Shown: one piece after another, positions 9,203 through 17,420 of the stretch
Position numbering within the stretch: the first letter of the stretch is position 1
How the letters are laid out: the number at the start of each line of letters is the position of its first letter
Assembly (NCBI GenBank): GCA_001769295.1
Contig: MEOR01000154.1
Location: 1-63,688 of the forward strand
DNA from: Bacteroidetes bacterium GWF2_49_14
GTDB taxonomy: Bacteria > Bacteroidota > Bacteroidia > Bacteroidales > UBA12481
Length of the DNA: 63,688 nt
Direction: 5' to 3'
The notes under the pieces: generated by a model
The model's database searches: none
Told to the model about the DNA's origin: nothing
Seen by the model: only the letters and a program-made list of their open reading frames with translations
Position numbers and translations under genes: made by a program

Positions 9203-9787
9203 ATGACCTTTGCGAGCCATATTGAACCCGATGAAATCAACGCACTTCCGCTAACCAGTTTCAGCGGCGCCATCCATGTGATCAATACCCGGGAAGAAGC
9301 AGATTCAGCAGTCAAAATCCTGAAAAGGCACAGGTTTATCGGATTTGATACGGAAACCCGGCCTACATTTAAAAAGGGCAACCTGAATCCGGTGTCACTC
9401 CTCCAGCTTTCGACACAAAAGGAGGCTTTCCTGTTCCGACTGAACAAGCTGGGAAACCACGCCGGACTCTGCAGGATTCTGTCCAGCAGGAATGTGATAA
9501 AGGTAGGGGCTGCCATTCATGAGGACATCCGCTCGGTTAAAAATGTGTTAACCTGCGAATTGAACGGAATTATTGACCTCCAGGAGATTGTCAAAAACTA
9601 CGGGATAGAGAATCTCGGCGTAAAAAAACTGGCCGGGATCGTTCTTGGCATTCGCATCTCAAAATCGCAGCAATTGTCAAATTGGGATGCTGAAGAGCTC
9701 ACCGAAGCGCAGCAAAGTTATGCTGCAACAGATGCCTGGGTAACCCTCGGGATTTATCTCAAACTACGTCAATCCGAGAAAAAATGA
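9203..9787 (+). CDS. DEDDy 3'-5' exonuclease (RNase D / WRN-exonuclease-like domain protein)
   Basis: 194 aa. ExoI IGFDTETRP, ExoII VGAAIHEDIRSV, ExoIII YAATDAW (Y-x3-D). Confidence 0.85.
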   Translation: MTFASHIEPDEINALPLTSFSGAIHVINTREEADSAVKILKRHRFIGFDTETRPTFKKGNLNPVSLLQLSTQKEAFLFRLNKLGNHAGLCRILSSRNVIKVGAAIHEDIRSVKNVLTCELNGIIDLQEIVKNYGIENLGVKKLAGIVLGIRISKSQQLSNWDAEELTEAQQSYAATDAWVTLGIYLKLRQSEKK

Positions 9788-11964
9788 ATCCTGCCGAATG
9801 GTTGCAGTTTACCGAAGGCCTCCGGAAAGACCCGGGGCAGTCGGGCGGAGCCCTCAACTGGTCTCTTCCCGGCAAGGCGCTCGGCATCCTGTCGGATCTT
9901 CTGGATTCTTTGGAACCCGCTGAGGCCGACAATGTGCGTGCCAAGCTCGCATCCTGGTCATCGGTTGTCATAAATGAACTTGGGCTCGGCAGCCTTTCCC
10001 TGTCGGCCGTTTTCCTGGCACTCCCCTATAACCGGGGACTGATACCATCGGAAAAAATCAAGTCTGAATTTTGCGGTCCTTTAGTTGATATTCTGGATGG
10101 CCTGAAAAAGATTGAGGGCCTGAATACCAGCCGGACCCGCATCCATGCTGATAAATTTATTCACCTGCTACTAAGTATTTCAAATGACGTCCGGGTTATC
10201 CTGATAAAGACCGGTGAAAAACTGGCCGACATCAGGGCAGCGGAAACCATCGGGGATGCAGCCAGGCTCCAGCTTGCCCATGAGACTTCCGATCTGTTTG
10301 CTCCAATAGCCCACCGGCTTGGATTATACAGGGTTAAGAGCGAGCTTGAGGAAACAGGGATGAAATTTCTTCACCCGGATACCTATGCCGCAATCTCTCA
10401 AAAACTTGAGCAGACCCGCACCAACCGGGATGAGTTTATCTCCAGGTTTATCGGACCACTGAAAAAGGAACTTGAAGCCAAGGGATACCACTGCGATATC
10501 AAGGGCAGGACCAAGGCCATTCCTTCCATATGGAAAAAAATGATTCAGCAGGGAGTTGATTTTGAAGAGGTTTATGATCTTTTTGCAATCCGGATCATCC
10601 TGAATAATGTCTCGGATCAGGAAAAAGCGGATTGCTGGCAGATCTACTCCATTGTTACAGATACCTATCAGCCCAATCCGAACCGATTGCGCGACTGGAT
10701 ATCCACGCCAAAACTGAACGGGTACGAGTCTCTTCACACAACGGTGATTGGTCCCGAGGGTCGCTGGGTTGAAGTTCAGATCCGAACCCGGAGAATGGAC
10801 GAGGTGGCTGAGAAAGGGCATGCCGCGCACTGGAGATATAAGGAAAACCGTGGTGACTCCGAGAGTAGCGAATGGCTGGCCCAGATTCGCGGTGCCCTGG
10901 AAATGCCTCAGACTCAACCTAATGAAGCGACAAATCGGGCTAAACATGAATTATACTCCGATCAGATTTACATTTTTACCCCCAGGGGCGATCTTCTGAA
11001 GCTTTCTTCCGGCGCTACCGTCCTGGATTTTGCCTTTGCTGTTCACAGCGATGTGGGCTACCATTGCACCGGCGGCCGCGTTAACAATCAAATGGTCCCG
11101 ATCCGGCATAAACTCACGAATGGCGACCTCGTGGAAGTGCTCACGTCACAGCAGCAGAAACCGAAAACGGACTGGCTCAACTGGGTAGCCTCAAGCAAGG
11201 CCAAAGCACGGATCAAAAGGTTCCTTAAAGAGGCCGACTATAAGGATACCGACATCGGCAAGGAGATGCTGAAACGGAAGCTGGGTCAGTGGCGGATTAA
11301 ATTCGATGTTTCTACGATACAACGGGTTGTCAATTGGCTGAACCTGAAAGATACATTGGAATTGTACCAGCAGATTGCCGACAGCCGCATCGACCTGGCC
11401 TCGATTCGTGAATACCTCCGGGACAAAGCTCCTGCAGAGCTGCTGAAGGAAAAACTGACAGCTGTTAAATCGGTTGAAAGCTATGTCAAAACCACGTCCC
11501 AGCAGCAGGATTATCTGGTTATTGATGACAAGCTGGATAATGTCGACTTCCGTTTGGCCAAATGTTGTAACCCGATATTCGGAGATGAGGTTTTCGGATT
11601 TGTTACCGTTAAGGATGGAACCAAGATCCATCGCGTTAACTGTCCGAATGCCCCCCAGATGATCGAAAGGTACCCATACAGGATTGTAAAGGTCCGGTGG
11701 ACCGATTCCCACGGAACGACAGCCTCCTTTACCGTAAATATTTCCATCAACGGAAAGGACGACATCTCCGTTGTCAACGAAATCAGCCGCCTCATCTCTT
11801 CAGATCTGAAAATCAGCATGCGGTCGATGAATATAATTGCCCGGGATGGTCTTTTTGAGGGAGTCTATACACTGATTGTCCAGGACCGTCCGCATTTGGA
11901 AACCATTATGAACAGGATCCGGCGAACACGGGGCGTTTTCTCCGTGTACCGGTCTGATGATTAG
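9784..11964 (+). CDS. relA: RelA/SpoT-homolog (p)ppGpp synthetase with a degenerate hydrolase domain, plus TGS and ACT domains
   Basis: 726 aa. Synthetase core GRTKAIPSIWKKM...YESLHTTVIGPEGRWVEVQIRTRRMDEVAEKGHAAHWRYKE, a TGS region (IYIFTPRGDLLKL) and a C-terminal ACT-like region. The start ATG overlaps the exonuclease stop (ATGA). Confidence 0.9.
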   Translation: MNPAEWLQFTEGLRKDPGQSGGALNWSLPGKALGILSDLLDSLEPAEADNVRAKLASWSSVVINELGLGSLSLSAVFLALPYNRGLIPSEKIKSEFCGPLVDILDGLKKIEGLNTSRTRIHADKFIHLLLSISNDVRVILIKTGEKLADIRAAETIGDAARLQLAHETSDLFAPIAHRLGLYRVKSELEETGMKFLHPDTYAAISQKLEQTRTNRDEFISRFIGPLKKELEAKGYHCDIKGRTKAIPSIWKKMIQQGVDFEEVYDLFAIRIILNNVSDQEKADCWQIYSIVTDTYQPNPNRLRDWISTPKLNGYESLHTTVIGPEGRWVEVQIRTRRMDEVAEKGHAAHWRYKENRGDSESSEWLAQIRGALEMPQTQPNEATNRAKHELYSDQIYIFTPRGDLLKLSSGATVLDFAFAVHSDVGYHCTGGRVNNQMVPIRHKLTNGDLVEVLTSQQQKPKTDWLNWVASSKAKARIKRFLKEADYKDTDIGKEMLKRKLGQWRIKFDVSTIQRVVNWLNLKDTLELYQQIADSRIDLASIREYLRDKAPAELLKEKLTAVKSVESYVKTTSQQQDYLVIDDKLDNVDFRLAKCCNPIFGDEVFGFVTVKDGTKIHRVNCPNAPQMIERYPYRIVKVRWTDSHGTTASFTVNISINGKDDISVVNEISRLISSDLKISMRSMNIIARDGLFEGVYTLIVQDRPHLETIMNRIRRTRGVFSVYRSDD

Positions 11965-11969
11965 AAACT

Positions 11970-14105
11970 ATGAACGAAATTCATGTCAACGCTATTGCAG
12001 GCAATCTGAGTATTGAATCCTGGCAGGTAAGAAACACGCTCCATTTGTTTGAAGAGGGGGCTACCATTCCTTTCATCAGCCGCTACCGCAAGGAAAAAAC
12101 CGGAAGCCTGGATGAGGTTGCACTTCTGGAAATCCGGAAACAATCAGAAAAGATGGCGGAGCTGGATGCGCGCCGCCTGGCTATTCTGGAAAGTATTTCC
12201 GGTCAGGAACTGCTGACCCCTGAGCTTGAGGAGAAGATTAAGCATGCGGCGACACTGACCGAGCTCGAAGACCTCTACCTGCCCTATAAGCCGAAAAAGA
12301 AGACGAAGGGAACAAGGGCAAAGGAAAAGGGGCTTGAGCCGCTGGCGAAAATGATCATGGCACAGCGTGAAGGGGATCCGGTAGCTATGGCCTCCCGGTT
12401 CCTGAATGACCAGGTTGCTTCGGAAGAGGAGGCATTGGAGGGTGCCCGGGATATCATCGCAGAATGGGTCAACGAGGATCAGCGGGTACGAAACATGCTC
12501 CGAAGGTACTTCGACCGTGATGCCCTGATCACATCCAGGGCAGTCCACGGAAAGGAAGAGGAGGGAGCCAAGTTTTCCGACTATTTCTCCTTCAGCGAGA
12601 TTCTCAGGAAATGCCCGTCGCATAGACTTATGGCAATATTCCGTGGTGAACGGGAAGGGTTTCTCCGGGTTACTGTGGAACCGGATGAAAAAGAGGCGAT
12701 TGAAAGAGTTAATGAACTGGTGGCCCGTGCGCGTAATGGTTCGGCTGAACAGGTGAAAATGGCCGTCAGGGATGGGTATAAAAGGCTGCTGGAACCCTCG
12801 ATTGAAACCGAGTTCAGGAATATCTACAGGGATCGGGCTGATAATGAGGCCATTAAGGTGTTTACTGATAATCTTCAGCAATTGCTGCTGATGCCCCCCC
12901 TCGGAGAAAAAAATATTCTCGCCATTGACCCCGGTTTCAGGACCGGTTGCAAGGTGGTATGCCTCGACCGGCAAGGAAACCTGGTGCACAACGAAACAAT
13001 CTTTCCGCATCCGCCGCAACGGGAAACCGCAATAGCCGCAAAAAAAATCAAGTCACTGACAGATGCCTATAAAACCGATGCAATAGCCATCGGGAATGGC
13101 ACTGCAGGTCGTGAAACCGAGTATTTTATTAAGAATTATATCCGGTTTGAAAGAGATATCGAAGTATATGTGGTCAGTGAAAACGGTGCGTCAATTTATT
13201 CGGCTTCGGATGTTGCGAGGGAAGAGTTCCCCCAGTATGACGTCACTGTACGCGGATCCGTATCCATCGGTCGCAGGCTCATGGACCCGTTGGCAGAATT
13301 GGTTAAGATCGATCCGAAATCCATTGGGGTGGGGCAGTACCAGCACGATGTCGATCAGAAGAAGCTGCAGGAAAGCCTTGATCACGTGGTGATAAGCTGT
13401 GTGAATCGTGTTGGTGTTCAGGTTAATACAGCCAGCCGTTACCTGCTTACCTACATCTCGGGATTGGGACCGGCCCTGTCGAAAAACATTACGGACTACA
13501 TCCGCGAAAACGGGCCGTTCACCAGCCGGGAGGAGTTGAAGAAGGTACCCCGGCTGGGCGCCAAAGCGTTTGAGCAGGCAGCCGGTTTTCTTAGGATTCG
13601 CGGGGGCCGGCATCCGCTTGATGACAGTGCGGTCCATCCCGAAAGGTACCCGCTGGTTGAGAAAATGGCATCGGATATCGGATGCACGGTAAGCGACCTA
13701 CTGACGGATCATGCAAGTAGATCGCAGATCAAACTGGAGAATTATGTTACAGGTGATGTCGGAATGCCTACTCTCAATGACATTATGGATGAGTTGAGCA
13801 AACCGGGCAGGGATCCACGCGGGAAAATCAAGCTCTTTGAATTCTCCGAGGATGTACATCAGATCGAAGACCTTAAACCGGGAATGATACTACCGGGCAT
13901 TGTGACCAATATTACCCGGTTCGGGGCATTTGTGGATGTCGGTGTCAAACAGGACGGCCTTGTCCACGTATCGCAACTGGCCGATAAATATGTGTCAGAT
14001 CCTTCAGAAGTAGTCAAGCTACATCAACATGTAAAGGTCAGGGTGATCGAAGTTGATTTCTCCAGAAAGCGGATTCAGCTTACCATGAAGGGTTTTCAGT
14101 CCTGA
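11970..14105 (+). CDS. tex: Tex-like transcription accessory protein (YqgF/HhH/S1 domains)
   Basis: 711 aa. The N-terminus IPFISRYRKEKTGSLDEV is typical of Tex. C-terminal S1 domain GMILPGIVTNITRFGAFVDVGVKQDGLVHVSQ. Confidence 0.93.
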   Translation: MNEIHVNAIAGNLSIESWQVRNTLHLFEEGATIPFISRYRKEKTGSLDEVALLEIRKQSEKMAELDARRLAILESISGQELLTPELEEKIKHAATLTELEDLYLPYKPKKKTKGTRAKEKGLEPLAKMIMAQREGDPVAMASRFLNDQVASEEEALEGARDIIAEWVNEDQRVRNMLRRYFDRDALITSRAVHGKEEEGAKFSDYFSFSEILRKCPSHRLMAIFRGEREGFLRVTVEPDEKEAIERVNELVARARNGSAEQVKMAVRDGYKRLLEPSIETEFRNIYRDRADNEAIKVFTDNLQQLLLMPPLGEKNILAIDPGFRTGCKVVCLDRQGNLVHNETIFPHPPQRETAIAAKKIKSLTDAYKTDAIAIGNGTAGRETEYFIKNYIRFERDIEVYVVSENGASIYSASDVAREEFPQYDVTVRGSVSIGRRLMDPLAELVKIDPKSIGVGQYQHDVDQKKLQESLDHVVISCVNRVGVQVNTASRYLLTYISGLGPALSKNITDYIRENGPFTSREELKKVPRLGAKAFEQAAGFLRIRGGRHPLDDSAVHPERYPLVEKMASDIGCTVSDLLTDHASRSQIKLENYVTGDVGMPTLNDIMDELSKPGRDPRGKIKLFEFSEDVHQIEDLKPGMILPGIVTNITRFGAFVDVGVKQDGLVHVSQLADKYVSDPSEVVKLHQHVKVRVIEVDFSRKRIQLTMKGFQS

Positions 14106-14752
14106 TCTTCCTGAATAAGGTCCGAAAGACCGTCAATCAGCAGGGAACTGCATGACTTCAGCCGTTGGGCAGGGTAGTGACCGCCTGTGAACAGAATGCA
14201 AGGGATTCCCATTTGAAAAGCCACCTCTTCGTCATGGCAGGTGTCGCCAATCATTACAACGGATCCCGGCTCAGAATTGATCTGTGAAAGAAGCTCAATA
14301 CCATGTTCAACTTTGCCGTGGGCATAATGATTATCGAGACCTTTGATTTTCGAGAAGTACTTGCGGATACCATGAAATTCTGCCATCCAGGTAAGGATTC
14401 CTGTTTCACTGGCCGAAAGGAGATACTGCCTGCACCCCCTTGCGTGCAGTTGGCTGATTACATTCATGGCCTGAGCCTGAAGAAAGCAAAGATGTTTTTT
14501 GCGATCGTACAGAGCAATGAATTGCATCGCCGGTACTTCAAATGGCTCCAGAGTAAAATCAAACCCTGCACGGGCATAATAGTCCTTTACCGGGAAAGTG
14601 AAGATCTCCTGATATTTGTCCTCGTCAATCAGTGGTAAATTACGATCTTTCAATAATGAATTTATCGACTCTATGCACAGCCATTTGTCATCAAGCAAGG
14701 TTCCGTTCCAGTCCCAGATGATGTGCTTGTATTGTTGTGAAATTATAGCCAT
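14096..14752 (-). CDS. HAD-superfamily hydrolase (phosphoglycolate-phosphatase-like)
   Basis: 218 aa. Motif I IIWDWNGTLLDD, motif II LLSAS, motif IV MIGDTCHDEE. It overlaps the tex 3' end by 10 nt (convergent). Confidence 0.8.
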   Translation of the reverse strand: MAIISQQYKHIIWDWNGTLLDDKWLCIESINSLLKDRNLPLIDEDKYQEIFTFPVKDYYARAGFDFTLEPFEVPAMQFIALYDRKKHLCFLQAQAMNVISQLHARGCRQYLLSASETGILTWMAEFHGIRKYFSKIKGLDNHYAHGKVEHGIELLSQINSEPGSVVMIGDTCHDEEVAFQMGIPCILFTGGHYPAQRLKSCSSLLIDGLSDLIQEDQD

Positions 14753-14961
14753 AAATGCAAAGGAAACTATTTGGCACTATTATTGGCTTTTAATAGTGCA
14801 AAACATTATAAACAACCTGCTTCACTTTTAAGGGCGATGTTTTATAATGATATATGTAACATAATGAAGAGGTTAAGATTTGGTGGGGAGATAGTGCAAG
14901 ACTTTGACAGGCTTTGTGAAGTCCCCGTGTTATTCCGTTTTCAGGAAAAGCTATTGGTTTT

Positions 14962-17385
14962 ATGGAAATAAATGAATCATCAGTATCCGCCGTATGGAAA
15001 TATGTGCTCCCGGTTATCGTATCGGCAGTACTAGCCTCTGTACTGGTGATATACGGATGGTTCAGACGGAAATCGGCGCTTGGCCGCATTTATTTCTACC
15101 TGTTACTGAATATGGCAGCCTGGATGATCCTCTATTCAGCTGTTCTGCTTATTAAAAATGACCTTTCCTATTACATCTCGCTTCTGGAGTACGTGACCGT
15201 GGTGAGTCTGCCGCTTCTTTGGCTCTATTTCTCCCTGGATTTTTCAGAAATTAAGGGTTGGAAATCTCCAGGCACCATCATTTTAACTCTCGCTGCTCCT
15301 GTTGTTCTTGTGGTGATAGCAATCACCAACATGGCTCCAAATCTATTGGTTGATCACCATACCTTTTATGGCATTGATCGTCCCGAAAACCTTGAAAGAA
15401 TGTTGCGACCGGTTGGGGAAAGACTTTTTTGGTCATGGGTCCATATAGCCTATTCCGTGATTTATTTTGTGATTGGTACCGTACTGGTTATACGGAGCCT
15501 TAACAGCAATCCAAAAGTCGATATCAAGCAGTCGGTCATTCTCAGCATCGGCGTTCTTGTTCCGTGGATCGGAAATATAACCTTCATTTTCCGCATATCT
15601 CCGATTGACAAGGTTGACCTTGGTCCTTTTACGTTCACCATGGCTGCCGCATTACTGGCCTGGGGCCTTTATTATAACCGGTTTATCAGCGTGGTCCAGA
15701 CGGCCAGGCAAGTTTTGATCGAGAGAATGATGGACGGGCTGATTATCCTTGATGGCCAGAACTGGATTCTTGATATCAACCCTTCCGCTCAAAAAATATT
15801 CAGGGTAACGAATACCCAGGTGGTAGGGATGCCGGCGGAGAATGTCTTCAGGCCTTACATTGATATCTTGTCAAACCTTAAATATCTTTCACGGAAGCAT
15901 CAGGAAGTGCATATTCAAATCGGTAAGGATATCAGGTATTACGATATGGATATTAATCCTCTCTATGAGTCAAAAGGTGGCGTGCTGGGGAAAATGCTGG
16001 TTTTTCATGATGTGACCTCCATAAAGGAGTCTGAAATTAAGCTTCGCGAGGCGAAAACCAAGGCTGAAGAAGCCGATAACCTTAAATCAGCCTTCCTGGC
16101 AAATATGTCCCATGAGATACGGACCCCGATGAATGCGATTATCGGTTTCTCAAATTTACTGAATGATGCCAAGGTAAGTGACGAAGAGAAAGCGGAGTTT
16201 ATCGAGCACATTAAAAACAGTGGAAACTCCCTGCTGCACCTGATAGATGATATCATCGATTTGTCAAAACTGGATGCCGGCCAGATCGAGGTGGAGGAGC
16301 AGGTATTTTCGGTTCAAAGGCTTTTGTCTGAACTCTTCAGCTTTTTCAACGAGGAGATTCAGGCTCAGGGTAAAACCAACATTCAGCTACTGGTCAAAGG
16401 CATGTCAGCCGATCTTGACTGGTGGGTAGTTGGTGATCTTGAAAAAATCAGGAGAGTTCTCAAAAACCTCATTGATAATGCATTGAAATTCACGCATCAG
16501 GGATATGTGGAATTCGGAGCCAGCTACCAGCTGTCAGGAAACCTGTCTTTCTTTGTACAGGATACAGGCATTGGGATTGCCAGGGAAAAGCAATCAATGA
16601 TTTTTGACCGGTTTAGCCGGGTAATAACCGGAACTCGCCAGGAATACGGTGGTACGGGCCTCGGTCTGGCTGTGTGTAAAAGCCTGTCAGACCTTTTAAA
16701 AGCGCAATTAACTCTCACTTCAACTCCGGGTAAAGGTACGACCTTTCAATTCTCTGTTCCTGTGAAAAAGGCAGATGACTACCGTCCGCCGGTAGCAAGA
16801 CTGGAAGATTTTATTCCGATGCATCAGGATGAACCACTCGTCTTTGTGCCCCGGCCAGCCCCCCCTATGCCTCCGGTTCCTGAGGCCCGGCCCACAGCAG
16901 TGCCCGAAGATATTTCCGGCATGAGCCTGGCTGATGTCTTCCCGGATATGCCGGCTAATGCGGGTTTCATTTTTTCAGATTCTGATCTGCCGGAAGGCGG
17001 CTTTACCCTTGATGACTCCTGGGCATCAAACAGCATTATGGTTATTGAACCCGACGAAATGGCCTACCTTTATATTGAAATGATCCTCAGGCAGACCAGG
17101 GTAAATCTGGTGTGGGTGAAAAAAATGAGTGAGGCTGCAAACTATCTTGACGGGCCAAACCAGCTGGATGCCGTGATCCTCTCAACCCAGATGCAGGATG
17201 CTTCGATTCAGGAAGTGGTGAGGACCATAAAATCCCGTTCCGCTGTTCTCCCGATTCTCGCCATCACCCCATTTGAAGGCTCAGCCCTCAATCGCCAATG
17301 CAAGGAACTTGGCTGCGCTGCAACCATTCCAAAGCCTCTCAAGCCTGCACCGCTGATGGACGCAATTCGCGTTTATCTGGGCTAA
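14962..17385 (+). CDS. Sensor histidine kinase: N-terminal multi-TM sensor, PAS, HisKA, HATPase, Pro-rich linker and pseudo-receiver
   Basis: 807 aa with about 7 hydrophobic segments at the N-terminus. H-box SAFLANMSHEIRTPMNAI, G2 box GTGLGLAVCKSL, and a C-terminal REC-like fold lacking the acceptor Asp. Confidence 0.9.
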   Translation: MEINESSVSAVWKYVLPVIVSAVLASVLVIYGWFRRKSALGRIYFYLLLNMAAWMILYSAVLLIKNDLSYYISLLEYVTVVSLPLLWLYFSLDFSEIKGWKSPGTIILTLAAPVVLVVIAITNMAPNLLVDHHTFYGIDRPENLERMLRPVGERLFWSWVHIAYSVIYFVIGTVLVIRSLNSNPKVDIKQSVILSIGVLVPWIGNITFIFRISPIDKVDLGPFTFTMAAALLAWGLYYNRFISVVQTARQVLIERMMDGLIILDGQNWILDINPSAQKIFRVTNTQVVGMPAENVFRPYIDILSNLKYLSRKHQEVHIQIGKDIRYYDMDINPLYESKGGVLGKMLVFHDVTSIKESEIKLREAKTKAEEADNLKSAFLANMSHEIRTPMNAIIGFSNLLNDAKVSDEEKAEFIEHIKNSGNSLLHLIDDIIDLSKLDAGQIEVEEQVFSVQRLLSELFSFFNEEIQAQGKTNIQLLVKGMSADLDWWVVGDLEKIRRVLKNLIDNALKFTHQGYVEFGASYQLSGNLSFFVQDTGIGIAREKQSMIFDRFSRVITGTRQEYGGTGLGLAVCKSLSDLLKAQLTLTSTPGKGTTFQFSVPVKKADDYRPPVARLEDFIPMHQDEPLVFVPRPAPPMPPVPEARPTAVPEDISGMSLADVFPDMPANAGFIFSDSDLPEGGFTLDDSWASNSIMVIEPDEMAYLYIEMILRQTRVNLVWVKKMSEAANYLDGPNQLDAVILSTQMQDASIQEVVRTIKSRSAVLPILAITPFEGSALNRQCKELGCAATIPKPLKPAPLMDAIRVYLG

Positions 17386-17400
17386 AGCCGGACAAATTGC

Positions 17401-17408
17401 TACTTTTG
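17401..17408 (+). promoter_or_regulatory. Candidate -7 box (TACTTTTG)
   Basis: Exact TAnnTTTG match, 12-24 nt upstream of the possible mutS2 starts. Confidence 0.3.
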
Positions 17409-17420
17409 CCGCATTACTAA

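Noticed and set aside
12144-13019. A 291-aa ORF antisense to tex. There are similar long antisense ORFs at 8015..8638 (in recQ), 10324..10947 (in relA), 23454..24110 (in the isomerase) and 6450..7079 (in guaB).
   Set aside because: Each lies entirely inside a gene whose translation carries clear family motifs. The antisense products are low-complexity, Arg/Pro/Ser-rich, and have no recognisable motif. They are typical shadow ORFs.
14753-14961. ORFs at 14771..14971 (+, 66 aa) and 14790..15089 (-, 99 aa) in the HAD/histidine-kinase divergent region.
   Set aside because: They overlap each other and the kinase start. They have no signal, motif or coupling to neighbours. The region is more plausibly a divergent promoter.
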